The translations under genes were made by a program, and so were the position numbers. Positions 40,130 to 47,919 of a DNA stretch of 64,000 nucleotides are shown here, piece after piece. Positions within the stretch are counted from its first letter, which is position 1. Every line of letters begins with the position of its first letter. Where the stretch lies: assembly GCA_958267355.1 (NCBI GenBank), contig OY279575.1, positions 1,246,295-1,310,294 on the forward strand, read 5' to 3'. The notes under the pieces are model-generated. The model had not been told where the DNA came from. It did no database searches and saw only the letters and a list, made by a program, of their open reading frames with translations. The DNA is from an uncultured Alphaproteobacteria bacterium. GTDB lineage: Bacteria; Pseudomonadota; Alphaproteobacteria; JALCBB01.

Positions 40130-40470
40130 TTCGGACAGAAAACTCCGCCCAAAATTTGTTCGTAAAACCCGCTTGAAAACCGCTTTGAAACCTGCAGTGA
40201 AACCCGCGTTGAAAACTTCCGCTGAAAACTCCACCGAAACCCGTGCTGGAAAATCGCGGTGCAACTCGGCTATTTACAGCCTTTTTATCGCCGATGCAAT
40301 CCTGCCTGTCTGGGGGCGTAGTTCTATCTGTCTGGTGGTAAGTCCCTGCCCGTCTAGTGGTGTAGCTCTAAGCGTCTAGTGGTGTATTTCTAGCTGTCTG
40401 GGGGTAAGTCCCTAGCCGTCTAGTGGCGTAGTTCTAGCTGTCTGGGGTAAGCCCCTAGCCGTCTGGTGGC
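40130..40470. repeat. Two imperfect tandem arrays (12-bp GAAAACCCGC-like; ~21/42-bp GTCTAGTGG/GTCTGGGG-like)
   Basis: Seen directly in the etfB-pduO spacer. Confidence 0.7.
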
Positions 40471-41162
40471 ACATCGCGCGTAGCACTTCGTGTGCCGCCG
40501 GGCTGCCACAAAACATCTGCCTCTCCTCCATCATTCGCAACCCGCGACAAAACAAACAACAAATCAGACAAACGATTCATATAACGCAAAACCGACTCAC
40601 CCACAGACTCAGATTCCGCCAAAGCAAAAAGCGCACGCTCAGACCGCCGCGCCATCGTGCGAGCCAAATGCAATCCCGCCGCCGTGCGCGTGCCGCCAGG
40701 CAAAATAAAACTCGTCAGCGGAGCCAAGCCCGCATTATGCGTATCTATCGCTTGCTCTAATGCCTCCACCTGCGCAGGGATAATACGCAGAGCTGTATCT
40801 TGGCGCGCGGCTTTAGTTGTGTCCTTGTTGGTTGCGTCTGTGCCGTTAGTGTCTGTGCCGTTAGCGTCTGTGCCGTTAGCGTCTGTGCCGTTAGTATCCG
40901 CGCTAGCCGATTGCGCAGTCGGCGGACACGCCAAGTCAGCTCCCAAATCAAACAGCTCGTTCTGCACCCGCGCAAGCAAGTCATCCAACGCCGCGGCTTG
41001 GGGCTCTAGGTCAGCGCGGATCACCCCCAAGACCGCGTTTAGCTCGTCCACCGCACCAAACGCCGCAACCCGCAAGCCGCTCTTCGCAACCCGCGAACCA
41101 TCGCCAAGCGAAGTTTTGCCCGCGTCTCCGCCACGGGTGTAGATGCGAGTTAAGCGAACCAA
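40455..41162 (-). CDS. PduO-type cob(I)alamin adenosyltransferase with TDANG-repeat insert
   Basis: RIYTRGGDAGKT, GAVDELN, QNELFDLGADL, SFILPGG, RRSER, NRLSDLLF; probable TTG start. Confidence 0.92.
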   Translation of the reverse strand: MVRLTRIYTRGGDAGKTSLGDGSRVAKSGLRVAAFGAVDELNAVLGVIRADLEPQAAALDDLLARVQNELFDLGADLACPPTAQSASADTNGTDANGTDANGTDTNGTDATNKDTTKAARQDTALRIIPAQVEALEQAIDTHNAGLAPLTSFILPGGTRTAAGLHLARTMARRSERALFALAESESVGESVLRYMNRLSDLLFVLSRVANDGGEADVLWQPGGTRSATRDVPPDG

Positions 41163-41296
41163 TTCTGCTTCTCCAAAGCCCGAGCAAAAGCCAAGCCCGC
41201 CCGCGCCATCCACGCCACGCCAAGGCTAAAGTCGGGTACAATAGCCGCCACAATAACCATCACAATAGCCGCCACAATAACCATCCGAGCCCACGC

Positions 41297-41491
41297 TCAA
41301 CGCGCCGCCAAGACCGCAAGCACAAAAAATCCTATCGTCACCGCCTGGGCAATCACGCGCCACCGCATCAAACGATTTGACCAACGAGCGTTGGTATCTC
41401 CGCCCCGCGCCATTACCGCCAAGCCCGCAAGCAAGATCGCGAGAGTCGCCGCCATGGACACGCCCAGCAAGACAAAAAGAACAAAAGCCAT
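41297..41491 (-). CDS. Twin transmembrane helix small protein (HIG1-like)
   Basis: Two TM helices around MARGG...SNRLMRWRVIAQ; usual neighbour of pduO-etfB. Confidence 0.85.
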   Translation of the reverse strand: MAFVLFVLLGVSMAATLAILLAGLAVMARGGDTNARWSNRLMRWRVIAQAVTIGFFVLAVLAAR

Positions 41492-42503
41492 CACTGGCAA
41501 GTCTAGCGACTCGCGCGGGCTTTCGCTAGGGGGCAGGACTGCGCCCAACCGTGCCGATGCCGTTCTGTGGCTCATCGGCACGCCGATCGGCAACTTGGGC
41601 GACTTGACCTTGCGGGCACGGGAAGCCTTGCGCTCTGCCGATGCGCTTGCCGCCGAGGATACACGGCGTATCCGCAAGCTTTTGTCGGCGGAAGCGATTG
41701 CGACTCCGCGTCAATGTTTTTCCTATCGGGCGGAAAATGAAGCCCGCGCCAGCCAGCGCATTCTTGGACTTCTAAGCACAGGACAAAAAGTCGCGCTCGT
41801 CAGTGATGCAGGTATGCCCGCCATCAGCGACCCTGGAGCGGTGGCAGTCCGTGAAGCCCTTGCTGCGGGGTTTCGCGTTGAAGTGATACCCGGAGTCAGT
41901 GCTGTGACTACGGCGGTGGCTTTGTCGGGGTTTGGCGGTAAGGGTTTTGTTTTTACGGGCTTTGCTCCACATCGCAAGGCGCGGATTGCGCGTATGCTGG
42001 CTCCGTATCAAGACTTTGCAGGAGCGATTGTGGTTTTTGAAAGTCCGCGTAGGTTGGGGCGTATGCTTGCAGTTGCCGCTGAAACTTTGGGCGGAAATCG
42101 CTCTGCCTTAGTGGCTTTTGAAATGACAAAGTTGCACGAGCGGGTATGGCGGGGGACTTTAGATGAACTTGCGGTGCGGGCGGTTGCGGCGCAAGCGAAT
42201 TTGCAAGCGGCGGGAAGCAACAAGGGAAAAAGCACAGAAAAAAACAAGGAAAGAAACAAGAAAAGAAGCAAGGAAAGCAACAAGGAAAAAAACAAAGAAA
42301 AAAACAAAACTAGGAGTCAGAGCATAAGTGCGGCAAAAGACCAGACGCAACGCGGGCAGGACAAACCAAAAGCAGAAAGCACAGGCGAAGCACTGCCTGA
42401 TGATTTTCCTTCTAATGACTTGCCTTCTGATGACTTGCCTTTGGGAGAGGCGACTCTGGTGATTGCTCCTGCACCGAAACCAGAACCAGACGAAGAAGAT
42501 TAG
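41454..42503 (+). CDS. rsmI: 16S rRNA (C1402) 2'-O-methyltransferase with Lys-rich insert
   Basis: TPIGNLGD, AEDTR, VSDAGMPAISDPG, FESPRR, EMTKLHE; start uncertain. Confidence 0.93.
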   Translation: MDTPSKTKRTKAITGKSSDSRGLSLGGRTAPNRADAVLWLIGTPIGNLGDLTLRAREALRSADALAAEDTRRIRKLLSAEAIATPRQCFSYRAENEARASQRILGLLSTGQKVALVSDAGMPAISDPGAVAVREALAAGFRVEVIPGVSAVTTAVALSGFGGKGFVFTGFAPHRKARIARMLAPYQDFAGAIVVFESPRRLGRMLAVAAETLGGNRSALVAFEMTKLHERVWRGTLDELAVRAVAAQANLQAAGSNKGKSTEKNKERNKKRSKESNKEKNKEKNKTRSQSISAAKDQTQRGQDKPKAESTGEALPDDFPSNDLPSDDLPLGEATLVIAPAPKPEPDEED

Positions 42504-42558
42504 CTTTTACTGCCAACTCAGAAGATTAGCTTTTACTGCCAACTCAGAAGATTAGCTT

Positions 42559-42927
42559 TTACTCTTCTTGCCAATCCACAGGCACAAAACAACTCGGACG
42601 ATTCAAGTGGCAGGCATTTCCTGTCTGTTCAACATAGGCGAGCAAGCTATCGCCATCGCAATCTTGCAAGAGCTCAACCAGTCGCTGATAATTGCCGCTG
42701 GTTTCTCCTTTACGCCATAGCTTTTGCCGTGAGCGCGACCAGTACCACATATCGCCGCTGGTGAGCGTGCGGCGCAGGGCTTCTTCGTTCATCCAGGCGT
42801 GCATGAGCGGCTCGCCTGACCCTGCCCGACACGCCAGCACGGAGATTAATCCGTCCGCTGTGAAGCACAGGCGGGCGATGAAGGCGTCTTGGGCGGCAGA
42901 CGCAGGAGCGGTATAGGTAGAAGCCAT
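42559..42927 (-). CDS. hisI: Phosphoribosyl-AMP cyclohydrolase
   Basis: AWMNEEAL, YWSRSRQKLWRKGETSG, DCDGD, ACH...SCF. Confidence 0.95.
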   Translation of the reverse strand: MASTYTAPASAAQDAFIARLCFTADGLISVLACRAGSGEPLMHAWMNEEALRRTLTSGDMWYWSRSRQKLWRKGETSGNYQRLVELLQDCDGDSLLAYVEQTGNACHLNRPSCFVPVDWQEE

Positions 42928-43025
42928 TGCCCCAAGCCTAGCACCCAAAGGCGGGAAACCCTAGCAAGGCGGAGCGATTGCCTATAGGATAGCCAGACGC
43001 GCGTCACATTTTCGGTAGGTCTGGA

Positions 43026-43754
43026 ATGTCGCTATACAGCAATCTTCGTCGTCGTCGTCGTCGTCGCCTTTTGGTCTTGGCGCGGCGGTTTCTGGTGCTT
43101 GGAGTTTTGGCGGCGGGCTTTGCTTTTGTCTGGGATCTCGGACGACAGAGCGAGTCGGGGCGGGCTTTGACGGTAACGCGCCAGCTGGAAGAACAGGCGG
43201 CGCGTTTGGCGACTTTGGCGGAGCAACAGGCGAAGGCTTTGGCGGACAATGAGTTGTTGCAGCGTGAGATTTACAGCTTGCGGGTGCAGCTGCGGCGTGA
43301 GGGACAGCTTGGCGATCTGTCGGGGGTGATGGAAGAGGCAAGGCGCAAGGTGGCGGAAGGGGTTGCAATCTCGCGCTTGGAAGCGCGGATTCGTTCAACG
43401 GCTCCGTTGCTGACCTGTGGCGAAGCGGTGGAGCGAAGTATTTTGGTGCGCACGGGTACTTCGCGGCACGGAGATGAAACTGCAACTTTTGCCAACGGAG
43501 CCATTGCCATCAGCTTGACGGCACAGGATGCGAATGGAGTTTTGCCTGAACGTTATCATCCTGCGCATAGTTTGCGGCTTGTGGCGGCACAGGCGGGGCA
43601 GGTGCCGTATGTTGCGGAGGGCAGGCTTCCGCATTCTTTTGCTTTGACCCGCGAAGAAGCGGAGTATCGGTTTTTGGTTTTTGCGCCTTTGGGTAGTCGT
43701 AGTTCGGGTACGGCGATTGTGCGGGGCGAGCGTTGTTTAGAGGAAAAGCAGTAG
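43026..43754 (+). CDS. Hypothetical membrane-anchored coiled-coil protein
   Basis: Poly-Arg, one TM helix, coiled coil, C-terminal domain bracketed by two Cys. Confidence 0.7.
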   Translation: MSLYSNLRRRRRRRLLVLARRFLVLGVLAAGFAFVWDLGRQSESGRALTVTRQLEEQAARLATLAEQQAKALADNELLQREIYSLRVQLRREGQLGDLSGVMEEARRKVAEGVAISRLEARIRSTAPLLTCGEAVERSILVRTGTSRHGDETATFANGAIAISLTAQDANGVLPERYHPAHSLRLVAAQAGQVPYVAEGRLPHSFALTREEAEYRFLVFAPLGSRSSGTAIVRGERCLEEKQ

Positions 43755-43756
43755 GG

Positions 43757-43897
43757 TTTTTTGGCTTGTTGTTTTTTAGCTTGTTATTTTTAGGTTTGGA
43801 GTTTTTGGGCTTAGTGTTTTTGGGCTTGGAGTTTTTGGGCTTGATGTTTTTGGGCTTAGTGTTTTTGGGCTTAGTGTTTTTGGGTTTAGTGTTTTCA
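43757..43897. repeat. 15-bp tandem repeat GTTTTTGGGCTTRRN, ~8 copies
   Basis: Seen directly. Confidence 0.88.
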
Positions 43898-43915
43898 AGC
43901 TTGGTGCGTATAAGT

Positions 43916-44782
43916 TTAGTACTTCCAAGCTAGGTGCAGGGCGGCGATACCGCCGCCGAGTCGTTCGCTGACGACCGAGCGAAATCCTGCGGCTTTGAGC
44001 CACTGGCTTACGGTTTCGGCGTCGGCGAAGGTTTCAATGGACTCCACCAGATAGCGGTATGCGGCTTCGTTGTCGGCGATTTGTTTGCCTAAGGCGGGAA
44101 TGAGTCGCCGCGACAGGCGGCGATAGAGTTCTGAAAAAATCGGCGTATCGGGCGGGGAAAATTCCAGCACGGCGAGTCGTCCGCCTGAGTCCAAGACGCG
44201 GAAGGCTTCGCTTAAGGCTTGTCTGGGGTGCGTCATATTGCGCAAGCCGAAGGCAAGGGTAATTGCGGCAAAGGAGTTGTCAGCACACTTTAAGTCTTCG
44301 GCGTTGGCGACTTGCCAGGTGATAGCGTGGGGTGGGATTCCGTGGGTGAAGCTTCGGTTTTGTCCGTGGTGTAGCATTTCGGCGGTTAGGTCAGCGACGG
44401 TGATGATGGCTTTGCCGTTTGTGGCTTTGTATAGGCGGAAGGCGATATCTCCTGTGCCGCCTGCTAGGTCTAGGCAGTGTTCGCCCGCTCGCGGAGCCAC
44501 GCGAGCGACGAGTGCATCTTTCCAGACCTTGTGGAGTCCGAGCGACATTAAGTCATTCATTTGGTCATAGGAGTCTGCGACTTCGGCGAAGAGCTGGCGC
44601 ACGCGGTTGGTTTTGTCGTGGGCGTTTATGGTTTCGGCTCCGAAGGAAACCTGTGGCGGACTTTCTTGTCGGCGAGCAGTGCGATGGGCAGTGCGACGTA
44701 CGGGGTGGCGTTCAGGACGGCGTTGGGAGCGGCGTTCAGGGCGGCTTGCGGGGCGAAGGCGATTTTTTGTGGTCTGTTGCAT
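43916..44782 (-). CDS. ubiE: Ubiquinone/menaquinone C-methyltransferase
   Basis: YDQMNDLMSLGLHKVWK, LDLAGGTGDIA, AFGLRN, LEFS, YRYLVESI. Confidence 0.95.
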   Translation of the reverse strand: MQQTTKNRLRPASRPERRSQRRPERHPVRRTAHRTARRQESPPQVSFGAETINAHDKTNRVRQLFAEVADSYDQMNDLMSLGLHKVWKDALVARVAPRAGEHCLDLAGGTGDIAFRLYKATNGKAIITVADLTAEMLHHGQNRSFTHGIPPHAITWQVANAEDLKCADNSFAAITLAFGLRNMTHPRQALSEAFRVLDSGGRLAVLEFSPPDTPIFSELYRRLSRRLIPALGKQIADNEAAYRYLVESIETFADAETVSQWLKAAGFRSVVSERLGGGIAALHLAWKY

Positions 44783-44824
44783 AGGCTTATGATAGCCTGC
44801 TTTGCTGTTGCTTTGTAAGTTGCC

Positions 44825-44958
44825 TTGCTGTTGCTCTGTACATTGCTTTGGCTCTGTACATTGCTTTAGCTCTGTATATTGCTTTGGCTCTGTACATTGC
44901 TTTAGCTCTGTATATTGCTTTGGCTCTGTAGATTGCTTTGGCTCTGTATATTGCTTTG
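44825..44958. repeat. 18-bp tandem repeat GCTCTGTANATTGCTTTR, ~7 copies
   Basis: Seen directly in the divergent ubiE/mutM spacer. Confidence 0.92.
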
Positions 44959-45015
44959 CAGTTGCTTGCTACTGGGAGTCATAGTCTTATCTCGGCTTTG
45001 TGTTAAAGTTGTTCT

Positions 45016-45903
45016 ATGCCTGAATTGCCTGAAGTAGAAACACTACGCCGCGATCTGGAGCCTGTCCTTACAGGCAAGCGGATTGAATGGGTGCGGGTTC
45101 GGCGGCGTGATTTGCGCTTTCCGTTGCCGCGTGGTTTTGCGGGGCGGCTTGGCGGGCGGCGGGTTGTGGCGTTAGCACGGCGGGGTAAATATCTTTTGTT
45201 GCATTTAGAAGATGGCGTGACGGCGATTTGCCACTTGGGTATGAGCGGACAGCTTTTAGCCGAGCGGACAAATCTAGAGCCGCGTCAGGATTCTGTGCCA
45301 CGGGCAAAGCACGAGCATTTGGTATTTTTTCTTGAAGGCGGGGTGCGGCTTGGGTTTGTTGATCCGCGGCGGTTTGGCTTTTGGGATCTTTGTCCGACTG
45401 AGCGGCTTGGAGTTTATGCGCGGTTTGCGGCGATGGGTCCTGAGCCACTGGACAGCTCCTTTAACGGAGCGGTTTTGCGAGCGGCATTGAAGGGCAAGCG
45501 GAGTGCGATTAAGCCTGCTTTGCTTGACCAGCGGGTTGTCGCGGGGGTGGGAAATATTTATGCGAGTGAAGCTTTGTTTTACGCGGGGATTTCTCCCTTG
45601 TCTGAAGCGGGGCGTATTGGTGCGAAGCGGGCGGAGCGTTTAGCTGAGTCCATTCGCATGGTTTTGGGTCAGGCGATTCAGGCGGGGGGTAGTACGCGGC
45701 GGGATTATCTGCGTCCGAATGCGGAAGCGGGTTGGTTTCAGCATTCTTGGGCGGTTTATGAGCGGGCGGGTATGGCGTGTCCGCAGTGTGTTTGCGGAGC
45801 AGGCAGGCGCAAACAATTGGGCGGGGCGAAGGCTAGGGGCGGAATTCGGCGTATAGAGCAAGCTGGAAGATCTACCTTTTACTGTCCGCATAAACAGGGC
45901 TAG
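45016..45903 (+). CDS. mutM: Formamidopyrimidine-DNA glycosylase
   Basis: MPELPEVE, RRGKY, HLGMSG, DPRRFG, GVGNIYASE, C-terminal zinc finger region. Confidence 0.97.
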   Translation: MPELPEVETLRRDLEPVLTGKRIEWVRVRRRDLRFPLPRGFAGRLGGRRVVALARRGKYLLLHLEDGVTAICHLGMSGQLLAERTNLEPRQDSVPRAKHEHLVFFLEGGVRLGFVDPRRFGFWDLCPTERLGVYARFAAMGPEPLDSSFNGAVLRAALKGKRSAIKPALLDQRVVAGVGNIYASEALFYAGISPLSEAGRIGAKRAERLAESIRMVLGQAIQAGGSTRRDYLRPNAEAGWFQHSWAVYERAGMACPQCVCGAGRRKQLGGAKARGGIRRIEQAGRSTFYCPHKQG

Positions 45904-45913
45904 ACTTGCGGCT

Positions 45914-46345
45914 ATGGCTTTTCGGCGAATCTTGTGGCTTGCGGTGCTGGTGCTGGTGGCGGTTTCTGTTGCCGAGCGGCGGGCGGGTTTTGTTTCTGGG
46001 TCTGTGGAAGGGCAGAGTCTGCAGGCGGCTTGGGCACAGACTGCGACGATTGCGACCACTGACTTTTTGTCTATTCTGCCTGAAATTCCTTTGCCCGCAG
46101 GTTTTGTGGAGTACACAGAAGAAGCGATTGTCTTTGACAAGCCCGCTGGACGAATTGCTGAAGCGGCGGCGTTTGGTGCGACTGATGCGGAAGTGGTGCG
46201 GCAATTCTACGCTGACACCTTGCCTTCGCTTGGCTGGCAGGAGTCGGGTGAGCTGATGTGGTTGCGCGACAGCGAAGAGCTTAGATTAGAAATTCTTGCT
46301 GAAGAAGCGGCGACACAGGTGCGTTTTTTTCTCCGCCCGCACTAG
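45914..46345 (+). CDS. Hypothetical exported protein
   Basis: Signal-like N-terminus; EIPLPAGF.E, FDKPAGRI, FYADTLPSLGW. Confidence 0.75.
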   Translation: MAFRRILWLAVLVLVAVSVAERRAGFVSGSVEGQSLQAAWAQTATIATTDFLSILPEIPLPAGFVEYTEEAIVFDKPAGRIAEAAAFGATDAEVVRQFYADTLPSLGWQESGELMWLRDSEELRLEILAEEAATQVRFFLRPH

Positions 46346-46750
46346 CACCTTGCGGTGGCACCTTGCGGTGCGGCATTCGTGCCAAGCCTTGGCTCTTCCA
46401 CCAGCCGTTAAGCCCCATAGTTTCAATAAGGGGTTAATTGAGCCAAAGCCCCCTGCAAGACCTTTAGACACAATTAGCCTGTGCTGAAAGCTATGAAGCC
46501 AAGCCTTGCTTGGTTTCCTAACACTTGGCATGAATGCTCCCCCGCAAGGGGGCTTGCGGTGCGGCATCAATGCCAGGCGTTAACCCTCTAATCTGCTTAA
46601 AAGCCCCATAGTTTCAAACATAGGCTACTTGTGTTTAAGCACCTTACAGGGGGCTAGACAAAATTAGCCTGTCCCTAAAACTATGAAGCCAAACCTTGCT
46701 TGGTTTCCTAACACTTGGCATGAATGCTCCCCCGCAAGGGGGCTTGCGGG
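46346..46750. mobile_element. Repeat cluster of four A-family units arranged as two inverted pairs
   Basis: CACCTTGCGGTG begins directly after TAG; units homologous to the 31167 and 36417 clusters. Confidence 0.8.
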
Positions 46751-46762
46751 GGTGCATCGGTG

Positions 46763-47392
46763 CTAGAGTTCTGAGCCAGCGTCGCCTTTTTCGTCTATGC
46801 CTATGGCGGGAGCTTCTTCGCTTGCTGGGTCTGTGTTGCTGCTGCTGTCGCCGCTGGGGGCTTGCGAGGAAAGCTCAACTGTTTCGGCGGACAAGCCGCG
46901 CATTCCTTGTCGTACTTGCATGACCAAGCGATCGTCGGGGTTAACCGACAGGATTCCGCAACGGGTTAGCACGCGGCCGGGCAGGAAGATATCGGGTCCG
47001 CCGTCGTCGGGGGTGACGAAGCCGAAGCCTTTGCGGGCGTTGTAGAACTTGACTGTGCCTTCAACTGTGTGGAGTGGCCCACTTGGAGCGCGTGGTACGC
47101 CGCTGGCACTACCGCTACCGTATTGTGGTTCGCCTTCGCTTTCTACGGAGATTAAACGCTCTACCTGTACTCCGCGTGGGCTTTGCGATAGGGTTATGGT
47201 GATTTCTGCTCCTGGGTGCAGGGTTGTGACACCTGCCGCCGATAGGGCCGAGATATGCAAGAACGCGTCTTGTCCTTTGCTGGCGATTTCTACGAAGCCG
47301 AAGCCCTTGGTGGGATTAAACCACTTAACTTTGCCTGCGACTTGCTCTGCGTCTTCTGACGGAGCGGGTGAAGAGTCGTTTTCTTCTTGCAT
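46763..47392 (-). CDS. Cold-shock protein with two CSDs
   Basis: GKVKWFNPTKGFGFV...DAFLHIS and GTVKFYNARKGFGFV. Confidence 0.93.
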   Translation of the reverse strand: MQEENDSSPAPSEDAEQVAGKVKWFNPTKGFGFVEIASKGQDAFLHISALSAAGVTTLHPGAEITITLSQSPRGVQVERLISVESEGEPQYGSGSASGVPRAPSGPLHTVEGTVKFYNARKGFGFVTPDDGGPDIFLPGRVLTRCGILSVNPDDRLVMQVRQGMRGLSAETVELSSQAPSGDSSSNTDPASEEAPAIGIDEKGDAGSEL

Positions 47393-47919
47393 TTCTGTGT
47401 GTCCTGGGTTACCTGATTTCGCGTGTTGTTGTCTTGTGGGTTGTGGGTTTGGTGCTGGGTCTGTTGCTGGTTAAATGGCTTGTGCCCTGACTCTGCCTTG
47501 CGGGATGGGTCGCAGGGCAGACAACAGGCACGGAACCAAGCCGTATTTTACGATACTTGTTGGGCTAGCTGGCGGGATACTTGGCAACGAAGGGGGCGCG
47601 GTGTAAGTTCAATGGGGCAAGTGTGGCACTGCGGACTTGTTTTGGCAAGGGGGAGATAAAGGGGGAGCTATACGGGGAGATGAAGGGGCAGGTGAAGGGG
47701 GGGATAAAGGGCAGATGAAAGGGGGAGATAAAAGGCGGAGCCAATTGACGAGCCAATTTTGTGCTCTGGCGTGGTGGTGGGGGGAGCGATTTTGTGATTT
47801 TGTCTATCTTTGCGCTTTTTGGCTCTTGTCTATCTTTGCTTTTGGCTTTTACCTTGTCTAATTGTCTATGAATTGTCTAATTGTGCCTGCGTGGCGGATC
47901 GCGTTTCGGTTCTAATTTT

